A stretch of 63,987 nt of DNA, filler included, from Barthelona sp. PAP020 (lineage: Eukaryota): assembly GCA_040182905.1 (NCBI GenBank). It is 12 parts of 12 records of this genome, joined end to end, with 100 filler letters (N's around TTAATTAATTAA, not from the genome) between each part and the next. Parts side by side here need not be neighbours in the genome. Positions count along the whole stretch, not along the records: positions 1 to 5,462 come from JARQWU010000604.1; positions 5,563 to 11,010 come from JARQWU010000605.1; 10 more parts are not named here. The stretch is one strand, 5' to 3'. Both the position numbers and the translations under genes were made by a program. Each line of letters begins with the position of its first letter. Position 1 is the stretch's first letter. The notes beneath the pieces are model-generated. The model was not told the DNA's origin. It made no database searches and saw only the letters and a program-made list of their open reading frames with translations. This document shows positions 1-9,200 of the stretch, in pieces.

Positions 1-99
1 CTTGGGCATCTGAATCCACGTGAGTTTTCCCCAAACCTTAAGCTAACTCGTTTCGTTGTTCACTGAACAACTCATACCTCATAAATATCTAATAAAAAA
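1..99. repeat. Dispersed repeat A, copy 1 (cut by window edge)
   Basis: Matches 63187-63285 with about 3 mismatches; its 3' half also occurs at 22260-22308. Contains the inverted repeat GTTGTTCA-C-TGAACAAC and ends ATCTAATAAA(A)n. Confidence 0.9.
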
Positions 100-132
100 A
101 AGAAATTACATTTATTATTCACAGAAAGTAAG

Positions 133-2643
133 TTATTCATCATCATTATCGAAGTCAAACATTGATTGAAAGTTATAATCACACATTAAAAAGCTATTTT
201 GATCAACCAAACTTGCAATTTGTAACCTACATTTGGAATAGAATCTAAAGGCAATATCAGTTATTAATTCATTAATGGCTTTATTTAGAGTGATATAGAA
301 TTCTGAGTTTGAATTGATAACCTGCCCTGTGATTAGAGAATTGGTAAATTCCCGCATTTCTTCAATATTCAATTTTTCTGTGATATAACCCAGATAATTC
401 TGAATTTCATTAATATCATAGCTTTTTACTGAAATTAATTCTCTCGTTAAATCAAATAAATTTGAAATTTTCCGACTGATATATTTGCTTGAGCTAATCT
501 GAATAAACAATAATTCCATCTCGATTTGAAGACAATTGGTAATATTTAAATGATCAATTTTTACTGAACTGAAGCTGTTATAGAGGTTTTGACTGAAATT
601 CAACAAAATATTTGAGATGATCTTTTCTATTGTGTGATCAACAATGTCTTTCGATAATTTAACAAAGAATAAATTTGAAAAGTCTTCTTTAAGTTTAACC
701 AAAGTGAAAAGAATATTGTAACAATAGCTTCTTGGACCTCTAAAATTTTTATGTTCTTTCATTTCAATTTCATCTCCAAAATTAAAATTATGTTGGACTT
801 TATTGCTTATCAGCTTTGAGAGAGCTTCAAAAGTGATTTTTGAGGTAATATTAGTGACAATTTTCTTTTCTAAAATATTTTGAATGAACTTATGGGCATC
901 TAATAAATCTTCATCGACGAATTGATAGAAAAAATTGTATTTTGACTTAAAAAAGGTATTTTCAAGCTCTAAACAATTTTTAAGCAAATATAATAGATCA
1001 AATAACTTATTGTCATTGTAGTGAAAACAAAAGTCATAAAATTTTCCAAAAAACTTTAAAATTTTTTCATTAATTTTTTCTTTATATTTCACAACATTTT
1101 TTTTCAGCAAAAAGTTAAGTTGTAATATAATAATAAGCAACATATATATCAACAAATGATTTAATTGAATAACATCAAAATTAACAATATCCCCATAATT
1201 CAATCGTTCAATTCTTTCTTCTAAATTCAAACAATTCTTTAAAATCTCATCAAATCTCTTTTCAAAGTGAATATTTTCAAATAATTTATCATCGTTTGGT
1301 AAGCTTACGAAAAAATTAACAAATTTTTCTTGTAAAAATTTGTGCTTGAAAAAAAAATTTCCCAGAGATATGAGGGAATTTTCAAAAATAGTGTCAATAA
1401 AATGAGAGAAGAAATGATGAATCAATTCATTATATTTGTCCTTGGCATGGGCTTTTTTTAACAGAGGTTCATCATGTAAATTACTAAGATTTTCAAATAA
1501 ATCAAGAAGTAACCAAAAAGATGGAGATATGAGTTTGATATCTTCTTCTTCATTTGATGCTAACAAATATGGTAATGGAGCGATTGGTGCCTCTTCTTTA
1601 TTTTGCTCATCATTTTCATATTCTTCCTCATATTCTTCAAAATATTCTTCATTGATCAAATCAAAATCAGGCAAAAGACTAATGATATTCTTTTTTAATG
1701 TGGTAAACATATCTTCAACATATTTTTCATATATTTTTTGTAATTTTTCAGCACCAGACTCACTCTCTGCAATATTATAACCATAATAAAAAAATGATAA
1801 AATATTTTCACAAATTCTTTCAATGTGATACTGACTTTTGATGAAAATATCATCCCCCTTCAACAATTCTTCTTGAGATTCAGGAGAATCCAATTGAAGT
1901 TTCAAATCGTTAAGCTTTTCAACATTGTCAGCTATTCTCTTCACATGGATTTCTAACACTTTTTGAAATAACAATCTATGGTGCTTAAAATCAACATTTT
2001 CATCCATCTCTTCAAGAATTTGTGCTAATAAAACATAAAATTGAATATTTAAATGGTCAACAGTGGTATCACTGATTGCATTCATCAACTCATTGATGTA
2101 AACTCTACCATGATTTTCACATTCACTGTATTTTTTCTTTAATTCAATAAATTGAGTTGTATCAGTAATATTATCTTCTTTTTGTTCAAATTCAATGTGC
2201 TTTATCAATTCACGTGAAATTCTTAAGTTGTTCATAAATAATGAATAATTTTTATCCGATAGATTTACAGACACTTTATCAAGATTTTCTCTCAAAGTTT
2301 GTATTTTCGTTGTTGCAGATTTTTGTTTTTGATCCTCCAAAAATTCATTGTATTCGTTTATTATTGGTTCAAATCTACTTAAATTCTGATCAATCATATT
2401 GAAACTTTCACTTAAAGAACGTAAATTTTGAAAAATATTGGTTTGATCATTGACTTGGCCTTTATTTTTATGACTCTTTTTATGACTTGTTTCTTTATCG
2501 GCAAATAATCGGTCATGTAAAGTGTCAGATGCTTTCGCAGCATTTAGAATCGATAAAAATATTGGTTTGTATTGTTGTTGATTATCATCGTTTTGTTGTG
2601 TACATGCTTCTAAAATACTTTCAAGTTCATGCAAACTTTGCAT
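133..2643 (-). CDS. Exocyst subunit Sec5/EXOC2-like (CATCHR helical-rod) protein
   Basis: First ATG at 2643 (MQSLHEL). All-helical protein. The C-terminal segments PRSYCYNILFTLV, LQIEMELLFI and FYSKCRLQIASL and the N-terminal AAKASDTLHDRL resemble Sec5 motifs; Vps51 is not excluded. Confidence 0.55.
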   Translation of the reverse strand: MQSLHELESILEACTQQNDDNQQQYKPIFLSILNAAKASDTLHDRLFADKETSHKKSHKNKGQVNDQTNIFQNLRSLSESFNMIDQNLSRFEPIINEYNEFLEDQKQKSATTKIQTLRENLDKVSVNLSDKNYSLFMNNLRISRELIKHIEFEQKEDNITDTTQFIELKKKYSECENHGRVYINELMNAISDTTVDHLNIQFYVLLAQILEEMDENVDFKHHRLLFQKVLEIHVKRIADNVEKLNDLKLQLDSPESQEELLKGDDIFIKSQYHIERICENILSFFYYGYNIAESESGAEKLQKIYEKYVEDMFTTLKKNIISLLPDFDLINEEYFEEYEEEYENDEQNKEEAPIAPLPYLLASNEEEDIKLISPSFWLLLDLFENLSNLHDEPLLKKAHAKDKYNELIHHFFSHFIDTIFENSLISLGNFFFKHKFLQEKFVNFFVSLPNDDKLFENIHFEKRFDEILKNCLNLEERIERLNYGDIVNFDVIQLNHLLIYMLLIIILQLNFLLKKNVVKYKEKINEKILKFFGKFYDFCFHYNDNKLFDLLYLLKNCLELENTFFKSKYNFFYQFVDEDLLDAHKFIQNILEKKIVTNITSKITFEALSKLISNKVQHNFNFGDEIEMKEHKNFRGPRSYCYNILFTLVKLKEDFSNLFFVKLSKDIVDHTIEKIISNILLNFSQNLYNSFSSVKIDHLNITNCLQIEMELLFIQISSSKYISRKISNLFDLTRELISVKSYDINEIQNYLGYITEKLNIEEMREFTNSLITGQVINSNSEFYITLNKAINELITDIAFRFYSKCRLQIASLVDQNSFLMCDYNFQSMFDFDNDDE

Positions 2644-2955
2644 TGAAAGTTCGATTGTGAAAAAAAAAAAATAAAACAAAAACTATTTAAATGAATACAT
2701 TCGAAGAATTATTTCAGCTTAACAAGGGTTTTAAATAAATTTCATTGAAATAATACATTGAAAAAATTTATTTTTTTTTGTTAATTATAATTAAACAGAT
2801 AAAATGAATCCAAATTCTTCTTTTATTAAAAAAAAGATTTGCAGATTGAAAAAAATTTGAAATTTTTGAATTGAGAAAAAAAATTCTTAGAGGAAGTTTT
2901 TGTTGAACAATTTTGTTATCGTTTTGATAATGATTTTGGAATCTTAAATGGACTC

Positions 2956-3058
2956 TAGGTCTGTGATGTCCACTGGAGCTGAAGTTGGTTTAGGCAAAGC
3001 TTGACTTTGTCTTCAAACCCACCAACCTTGTGTTGATAATTCCATTCTCTGAGACCTA
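2956..3058 (+). ncRNA. Candidate box C/D snoRNA
   Basis: GC-richer island in an AT-rich spacer. Terminal stem TAGGTC (2956-61)/GACCTA (3053-58) flanks a box C-like GTGATGT (2963-69) and box D CTGA (3049-52). Internal CTGA (D') and an internal stem GTTGG..AGGCAAAG/CTTTGTCT..CCAAC. Confidence 0.55.
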
Positions 3059-3151
3059 CTAAATTTATTTCAATCATAATCAACTTTTAAGAAAAGAAAA
3101 AACTAAAACTGTAAATATTTTTTACATAAGACTCGAACTGGAAGAAATTTT

Positions 3152-5008
3152 CTATATTTCATCATTGGAATAATATTGATCATAATTTGAACTATCTTCC
3201 GAATGATATTCTTCTTCCTCAACTACTTCTTGTTCAAATATATTTTCTGCCGTAAATCTTTTGAAACCACCATCTGGAACAGGGTCTAAGAAAGAATCAT
3301 CAACATCTGAATCATCAATTTCTGTAAAATTGTAATCATCATTATCTTGCAAATCGAAAGGAATGTAAAAATTGGCCATGTTGGCATTAGCTGTTGACCA
3401 TCTTCTTCTATTCTGCAACTGATTTTTTGTTATGTCCCCGATGGTAGACAATCTTCTTTCAATTTTTCGATACAATAGCACATCTTCATCAGTTAACTTT
3501 GTTACAGCGTTTGAAACATCGTTTGAACTGACAATTACTTCTCCAAAAAAAGAATCAAGAGGCATATCTCCATTTGCAGTAATGTAGGGATGTTCACAAA
3601 TTTCGTCAATCTTTAATCGTTCTTTTGGATCTTTTTGTAACAAACCCCTAATAAAATCGTCCAAATTGACTTCTAAATCTGGTGGGATTTCAGGATCCTC
3701 TCCAACAATTTTTTGCATAATGGTAAACAGGTTTGCATGATAAAATGGTAGTTTACCAATAGCCAAACAATATACAGTGACACCCAATGCCCAAATATCA
3801 ACATCAAAACCATTAATGTCATTATTTTGCCCAGACGCAATTTCAGGGGCTTCAAATACAGGGGTACCCTTAGAATCTTCAACGTTTCCATTTGTTCCAA
3901 GCAAATCTTGTGAAACCCCAAAATCAGCAAGTTTTACTGTTGTCAATTTTAAAGGTAATGGGTCAATACTATCGTTTGGTTCCAAATTTTTAATTTCATC
4001 CTCAATTTCTGCTGATATTATTACAGTGGGTTTACTAAATTTGACCAAAACATTTGCTGGCTTGATATCTCGGTGAATAATTCCTTGCGAATGAATATAT
4101 TTCAAACCCGAAACAATTCCTCTTACAACTTGCCACAGATTCATAGGGTCCAAAGGTTTCATTGAATTTAAACAAGCCAATTCATCATCATCATCACTCA
4201 AAGGCGAAAGGGTCTCCATTAATGAACCTCCATCAACATACTCAGTTAACAAAAAAACATATTCGTTTGTGTCAAAAACATTTTTTAAAGAAAGAACATT
4301 TGGATGATTCAATTTCTTCATAATAGCTATTTCTCTTTCCAAATCCTTCCAAGGATCGTTTTGACTGAAATATCCCTGTTTTTTAAGCTTAATTTTTGAA
4401 ATTTGCTTCATGGAGTAAAACTCTTTCGTTTCACGATGCTGAACTAGCCTCACTTTTCCAAAAGATCCTTCACCTAGTTCTCGAACAAAAACATAAGCGT
4501 TCAATGTGGTTCCACCAAAGAAATCAGCATTGCTATTGGAAGAGAACATTGCTTGTTCAACGCTCAATCTATCATCATTATACGAATATTCAGAGTCTGA
4601 TTCATTTGAATCGTCACAACTATTGGTATAATTACATGTTCTTGTTAGTTTTTGCCCCATATTGCTTGAAGAACATAAATTTTTATTGGAACCACGTTCA
4701 AGATTCAAATTATCTTTCATTGACGTGCTATAAATCATATTGTCTTTCAAAATACTTTCTAAATTTACGTTTTCTGATGAATCATCATTTTCAGAAAAGC
4801 AATTAGAATTGTGTGACAATCTTTTGGATTTATTCTCCTCAATGATAAGATTCTGCTCAACCATTGGTTCAATTGATGTGCAATCTTTATTGTTCACCTC
4901 ATCAAATGAAGAATTGGAATATCGTTTTTGAATCTTTTGAGATATACGATTATCATCTTTTTTTTCATGCACTTGGAAATTTGATTCTTTGCTTCCAAAA
5001 CATCCCAT
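3152..5008 (-). CDS. CaMKK/SAK1-like Ser/Thr kinase with N-terminal acylation motif
   Basis: First ATG gives MGCFGSK (Gly2 myristoylation, Cys3 palmitoylation). Motifs LNAYVFVRELGEGSFGKV, REIAIMKKLNHPNV, HRDIKPAN, DFG, GTPVFEAPE and HPYITANG are typical of the CaMKK family. Confidence 0.8.
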   Translation of the reverse strand: MGCFGSKESNFQVHEKKDDNRISQKIQKRYSNSSFDEVNNKDCTSIEPMVEQNLIIEENKSKRLSHNSNCFSENDDSSENVNLESILKDNMIYSTSMKDNLNLERGSNKNLCSSSNMGQKLTRTCNYTNSCDDSNESDSEYSYNDDRLSVEQAMFSSNSNADFFGGTTLNAYVFVRELGEGSFGKVRLVQHRETKEFYSMKQISKIKLKKQGYFSQNDPWKDLEREIAIMKKLNHPNVLSLKNVFDTNEYVFLLTEYVDGGSLMETLSPLSDDDDELACLNSMKPLDPMNLWQVVRGIVSGLKYIHSQGIIHRDIKPANVLVKFSKPTVIISAEIEDEIKNLEPNDSIDPLPLKLTTVKLADFGVSQDLLGTNGNVEDSKGTPVFEAPEIASGQNNDINGFDVDIWALGVTVYCLAIGKLPFYHANLFTIMQKIVGEDPEIPPDLEVNLDDFIRGLLQKDPKERLKIDEICEHPYITANGDMPLDSFFGEVIVSSNDVSNAVTKLTDEDVLLYRKIERRLSTIGDITKNQLQNRRRWSTANANMANFYIPFDLQDNDDYNFTEIDDSDVDDSFLDPVPDGGFKRFTAENIFEQEVVEEEEYHSEDSSNYDQYYSNDEI

Positions 5009-5181
5009 TATTTTAGCATTGTGGAAAAAAAACGTTGTAAAACTTACTTTCATTTTTTTTTTTACAAATTGACTGTCTGTGTCTTTAAAGTTTTTCATCA
5101 ACACAAATATGGTTGATTTATAAAAAAGTGGTTTGAGTTAAATATTGGTTTTTCTTTTAAATATTTTTGAACAAGAACAGT

Positions 5182-5462
5182 ATGAAAATTGTTTATCCAT
5201 TGTTCACTTTTACTGTAATTATGGTCGTTTTCGGTATGATTAAATTAAGAATGATTGCCCCACCCACAAATGAATTACCACTTGATAGATTGGACCTTTG
5301 CTCCAAAAAATATAGTTTTAATCCCAACGATTATAAATTTTCCGATGATTTAGATCCGATACCAAAAATGATTATTGATACTGAAATAAATCCCTTTGGG
5401 TTGTACACATTATTGAAGTCAATTGATCATCCAATTAATTCAATTGATGTTATTGGGAATAT
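5182..5462 (+). CDS. Hypothetical type II membrane or secreted protein, 3'-truncated
   Basis: ATG at 5182, hydrophobic N-terminus (IVYPLFTFTVIMVVFGMI); frame open to the linker. Confidence 0.55.
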
Positions 5463-5562
5463 NNNNNNNNNNNNNNNNNNNNNNNNNNNNNNNNNNNNNN
5501 NNNNNNTTAATTAATTAANNNNNNNNNNNNNNNNNNNNNNNNNNNNNNNNNNNNNNNNNNNN
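5463..5562. other. Artificial contig linker (N44 + TTAATTAATTAA six-frame stop + N44); first of 11
   Basis: Identical 100-bp cassettes at 5463-5562, 11011-11110, 16530-16629, 22043-22142, 27528-27627, 32993-33092, 38456-38555, 43972-44071, 49428-49527, 54873-54972 and 60303-60402. Genes are truncated at them and contig lengths fall almost monotonically from 5448 to 5330 bp. Confidence 0.98.
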
Positions 5563-6327
5563 GAACACCGACTTCATTTGACTGTCATTAGGAGACTCAA
5601 ACTTTCATTGGATGGTAAATATCTTTTGACAGGGAGTTCGGGTTGGAAATCAACTGCCAAGATAGTTAACCCAGATAGTTTATCCATTTTTAATATATTA
5701 TTTCACGAAGCGGATATCAAAGCGGTTGAATTCCATCCAACCAAACGAATAATTGCTGTTGGCGATGCATCAAATACAGTCAAACTCTGGAACATGGATG
5801 ATGAATCACTTATTCATCAATTTTATATGGGCGGTCAAGTTTGTTCACTTCAATTCCTAACATCTCGAATTTTGCTTATTATGTCTGGTGATGGCTATAT
5901 TACCACATACAATGTAAAAAGCTTTGAAGAAATCCAGAAGATTCATTGTAGTTGTGACACAACTTATTTTTCATGTGTTGTGTCACCTGATAAGAGACAG
6001 TTAGCATGTGGAATTTGCACGCACAATGCAATCAGAGTTTATTCAATTGTGCCAGAGTATGACCCATCACATCAATCCAAGCTCATCAAATTATCCAAGA
6101 GAGGTGGTTGTATTTTATCAAAGCTTATTGCCATGAAAATGGACACTCAAATCATAAGACAACTGGTAGCTGCAGGTATTTTCATGAATGAAGAGGAGTT
6201 TGATACGGTTACTGACACATGTTGGGATTTGGTTGACCTAAATGAAACCAATGGAGGTAATATGCGGTCATATATGGATGAAAAAAGTGATAACAGTGAT
6301 CTGAGTGATGTGAGTGACAATGATTAA
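5563..6327 (+). CDS. WD40 protein (family A) with C-terminal NGGN-motif domain, 5'-truncated
   Basis: Frame open from the contig edge. WD repeats (FHPTKRIIAVGDASNTVKLWN, LLIMSGDGYIT) closely match those of the 18288 protein. Confidence 0.85.
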   Translation, partial: EHRLHLTVIRRLKLSLDGKYLLTGSSGWKSTAKIVNPDSLSIFNILFHEADIKAVEFHPTKRIIAVGDASNTVKLWNMDDESLIHQFYMGGQVCSLQFLTSRILLIMSGDGYITTYNVKSFEEIQKIHCSCDTTYFSCVVSPDKRQLACGICTHNAIRVYSIVPEYDPSHQSKLIKLSKRGGCILSKLIAMKMDTQIIRQLVAAGIFMNEEEFDTVTDTCWDLVDLNETNGGNMRSYMDEKSDNSDLSDVSDND

Positions 6328-6555
6328 TCAATTAGTAAAGTGTTTCGATGCACAAGTTCAAAATGTACGGTTGGTTTGAGAATAACTTTTAACCTTTTGT
6401 TTGTTTTTTTACACTGACAGATAATAAAGCTTTGTTATCAGTTGAAAAACTCTGACGATTTTCAAATCATGGCAAAGTCAAAACTCAATTGTAAATTGAA
6501 TCTTTCTTTTTTCATTCACAAATGCAACAAGAATTTATTGGAAACAAAAAAGATT

Positions 6556-6855
6556 GGTCAAGTTGTGAAACAACTATATTTATTTACAAAGAAAAAGTAA
6601 TCAGAGAAAACTCATTTCATTAAATCTCAACCACAGAAATTGAGTGGCTGCAATTGAATCTTGCTCATCAAGTATGAAAATTTTGGGAAAATTTTCCATT
6701 CCTATTCTTTTGTATTTTTGCAAAAGCAAAATTTTAAAGTTTAAACTTTACCTTAGAAAATCTAAAGTTTTTCAACAGATCAATGGGGCCTCGAAAGCCT
6801 TTAACCAAATAAACACTATTCTTTTTTATTCACTCATACGCACCGTGCTTCTTGA
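6556..6855. repeat. Dispersed repeat B, copy 1 (reverse orientation to copies 2 and 3)
   Basis: Its reverse complement aligns with 33513-33823 and 63283-63552 (GTTTATTTGG..ATTGATCTGTTGAAAAACTTTAGATTTTC..AAACTTTAAAATTTTGCTTTTG..TGTAAATAAAT..TTCACAACT). Confidence 0.88.
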
Positions 6856-6902
6856 CTTGGAAATAATTAAAAAAATATCTAATAAAAAATAAAATAAACC
6901 GT

Positions 6903-9008
6903 TTATGACAGTTCCATTTTTCGACCTTTGAACTCCTGAATATGTGCCTTTTTATTGGATCGCCAACTGTGACAAATGGCACACAATAGACGAGTTTCAT
7001 TATGATTAATAGCCAAAGAACAAATTTGAAAAGGTAATTTTAGAGTATAAAAAACTTGACCAGTTTCAACATGTGTTACTTTGAGTGACTTATCTTTAGA
7101 GCATGTGTACAACAAGGTATCATCATGAGAAAAGATAACTGAATACGCCAATTGTTTGTGAAGGTTAAATCTTCTGAATAACTCCCTGTTTTCAACATCA
7201 AAAATGCGAATCGAACCATCTTCATCACCTGTTGTCCAAAACCTACCATCAGACGAAAAATTACCCGAAACTACCTCTTTTTCGTCATGATTCCATCTAT
7301 GAAGCTCTTCACCTGTCTCAAATGAAAACAATTTAGAACATCCATCCTGACTGACAGAAGCAAAGTATTTCAAATTATCACTGCAACGAACACATCGAAC
7401 ATGATCTCGATGTGGTTGAAACTCTTGAATTAGAGCTCCTTCAATAGAATAAATTGCAATATAGCCTCGATACATTCCAACCACAACAAAATTGTTATCA
7501 GATGAAACACATACAGAGGTTACACGGCTAATTGTACGATCAATTGCCATAATTCTTCTCCAGGTATCCACTTCAATCACGATGATACTATGTTGACCAC
7601 CAACAACCAACAACTTGGAATCTTTGCTAAATTTAAGCTCGAAAGCTTGAATAAATTCTTTTTCAATCAGAATTTCGTGGGTCGTAGAATCATAGATCCT
7701 AATCAACTTCTTTTTGAAAGATCCCACGGCAAAAAATCGTCCATCAGAACTATAATCAATTGCTTGAACACGTATGTCAGGAAAATCTTGATCAAAAATG
7801 GGCTTCTTTTCACTTTTACCGAAAAAAGTGATGCTAAGGCTTTCAGCTTTTACATCATTTTTTTCAAAAAAATAGAAATCGTTGGCTGATTGTTGCTTAG
7901 CATCCAAAAGATTATTTGAACTCTTCCCTTTGAGAGTTTCTTCCAATTTTTTGTTTTGAGCAAGTAAAACTTCCACTTGCTCCAACAAACTTCTATTCTG
8001 TTCTGTTAACTCTTTCTTTTCCAAAATCCAACTTTTCATCCTATCTTCTAACCCTTCAACACGTTTTTTCAATCTGTATTCATCAAAGCCCAACCCCTCA
8101 AAGCGCAGAATCAACATCTTCAAATACTCAGTAATCTCACAAAAAGAAGGCCTTTTGGTTGGATCAACTGCCAAACACTTCTTTATTATTCCAAAACAAG
8201 GTATATTGTCCAATAATTCCTTGTCATACGGAAGTTCAAACTTTATTAGCTTTCCAACAACTTTCAGTTCACTCAATCCATAAAAAGGCACAAAACCAGA
8301 AACAACTTGGGCCAGCATGACACCAAAAGACCAGGCATCAATAGCCGTTCCTATTATATTCTCTTGCTCATTGGCCAATTCAGGAGCAGCATACCTTGCA
8401 GCACCCATCATAGAATTCGCTGAGCTCCTACTTGCATCACGAAGAAGACCAAAATCAGCAATTGCGGGTGTGTATATCCCATTAGCTCCAAGTCTCAACA
8501 AAATATTGTTTGGCTTCAAATCTCTATGAGCAATACTTCGACCTTGACAATAATCAAGAGCAGAAGCAACCTGCATCATAATAATCAATTTCTCCTTTAA
8601 TGACAACTCAGAAATCATATCTTCAAGAACAGCATCACAATATTCCATTACAACACCTATCTTTCCATCAATTTCAGTAACACCAAAAACTTGTCGAATA
8701 AATGAATGATTTAAAATCATGGGAAAGCATTCTCTCCTGAGTTCATCATCCGCAATCTTATCGATAAAAAACTTGATAATAACATCCTTCCCATGCCTTT
8801 TGGCCTTGTGTAAAACACCAAAACCACCTATTTTGAAATAATTATTATCTAATTCAAATTCTTCACTGGATATCTTCAATTTATCAAGCCCAAAGAAATT
8901 CTCCAATTTTTCGAACGAATTCTCATCTGCCATTTGATAGACAATACGGCTCTTTTGTCTCATTTCAAAGAATTCACGTGATGCATCTGCTTCATAAAAT
9001 TTAAACAT
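6903..9008 (-). CDS. TKL-like protein kinase - coiled coil - WD40 (family B) fusion
   Basis: Intact kinase motifs GGFGVL, VIIK, HRDLKPNN, DFG and APE, then a heptad segment (LKKRVEGLEDRMK..LEETLK) and about 6-7 WD repeats. Exact start ATG uncertain. Confidence 0.88.
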   Translation of the reverse strand: MFKFYEADASREFFEMRQKSRIVYQMADENSFEKLENFFGLDKLKISSEEFELDNNYFKIGGFGVLHKAKRHGKDVIIKFFIDKIADDELRRECFPMILNHSFIRQVFGVTEIDGKIGVVMEYCDAVLEDMISELSLKEKLIIMMQVASALDYCQGRSIAHRDLKPNNILLRLGANGIYTPAIADFGLLRDASRSSANSMMGAARYAAPELANEQENIIGTAIDAWSFGVMLAQVVSGFVPFYGLSELKVVGKLIKFELPYDKELLDNIPCFGIIKKCLAVDPTKRPSFCEITEYLKMLILRFEGLGFDEYRLKKRVEGLEDRMKSWILEKKELTEQNRSLLEQVEVLLAQNKKLEETLKGKSSNNLLDAKQQSANDFYFFEKNDVKAESLSITFFGKSEKKPIFDQDFPDIRVQAIDYSSDGRFFAVGSFKKKLIRIYDSTTHEILIEKEFIQAFELKFSKDSKLLVVGGQHSIIVIEVDTWRRIMAIDRTISRVTSVCVSSDNNFVVVGMYRGYIAIYSIEGALIQEFQPHRDHVRCVRCSDNLKYFASVSQDGCSKLFSFETGEELHRWNHDEKEVVSGNFSSDGRFWTTGDEDGSIRIFDVENRELFRRFNLHKQLAYSVIFSHDDTLLYTCSKDKSLKVTHVETGQVFYTLKLPFQICSLAINHNETRLLCAICHSWRSNKKAHIQEFKGRKMELS

Positions 9009-9200
9009 GATCAAAAATATGTAAAATTATTACTGTTATTATTGTTGAGAAAAAAGTAAGATTATTTATTGAATGACCATAATAATTTAAACAGCTTTGG
9101 GAAGTCAACCTTATTTTTAAATGATCAAAAAGGATTCAAAAAAATGTCAATGTTTTGTTTGAAGAGGCAGATTTTTTTTTTAGTTTATTTTGCATTAATA

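Noticed and set aside
2644..2679. N-terminal extensions from TTG/GTG starts in the ORF track (also 5104, 9069, 14225, 24496, 29749, 36489)
   Set aside because: The genome is eukaryotic and the extensions translate poly-T/A promoter DNA, so the first suitable ATG was used.
6644..6892. Similar short ORFs at 6644-6892 and 33508-33711 as a small gene family
   Set aside because: They lie within repeat B, and the third copy has frame-breaking indels.
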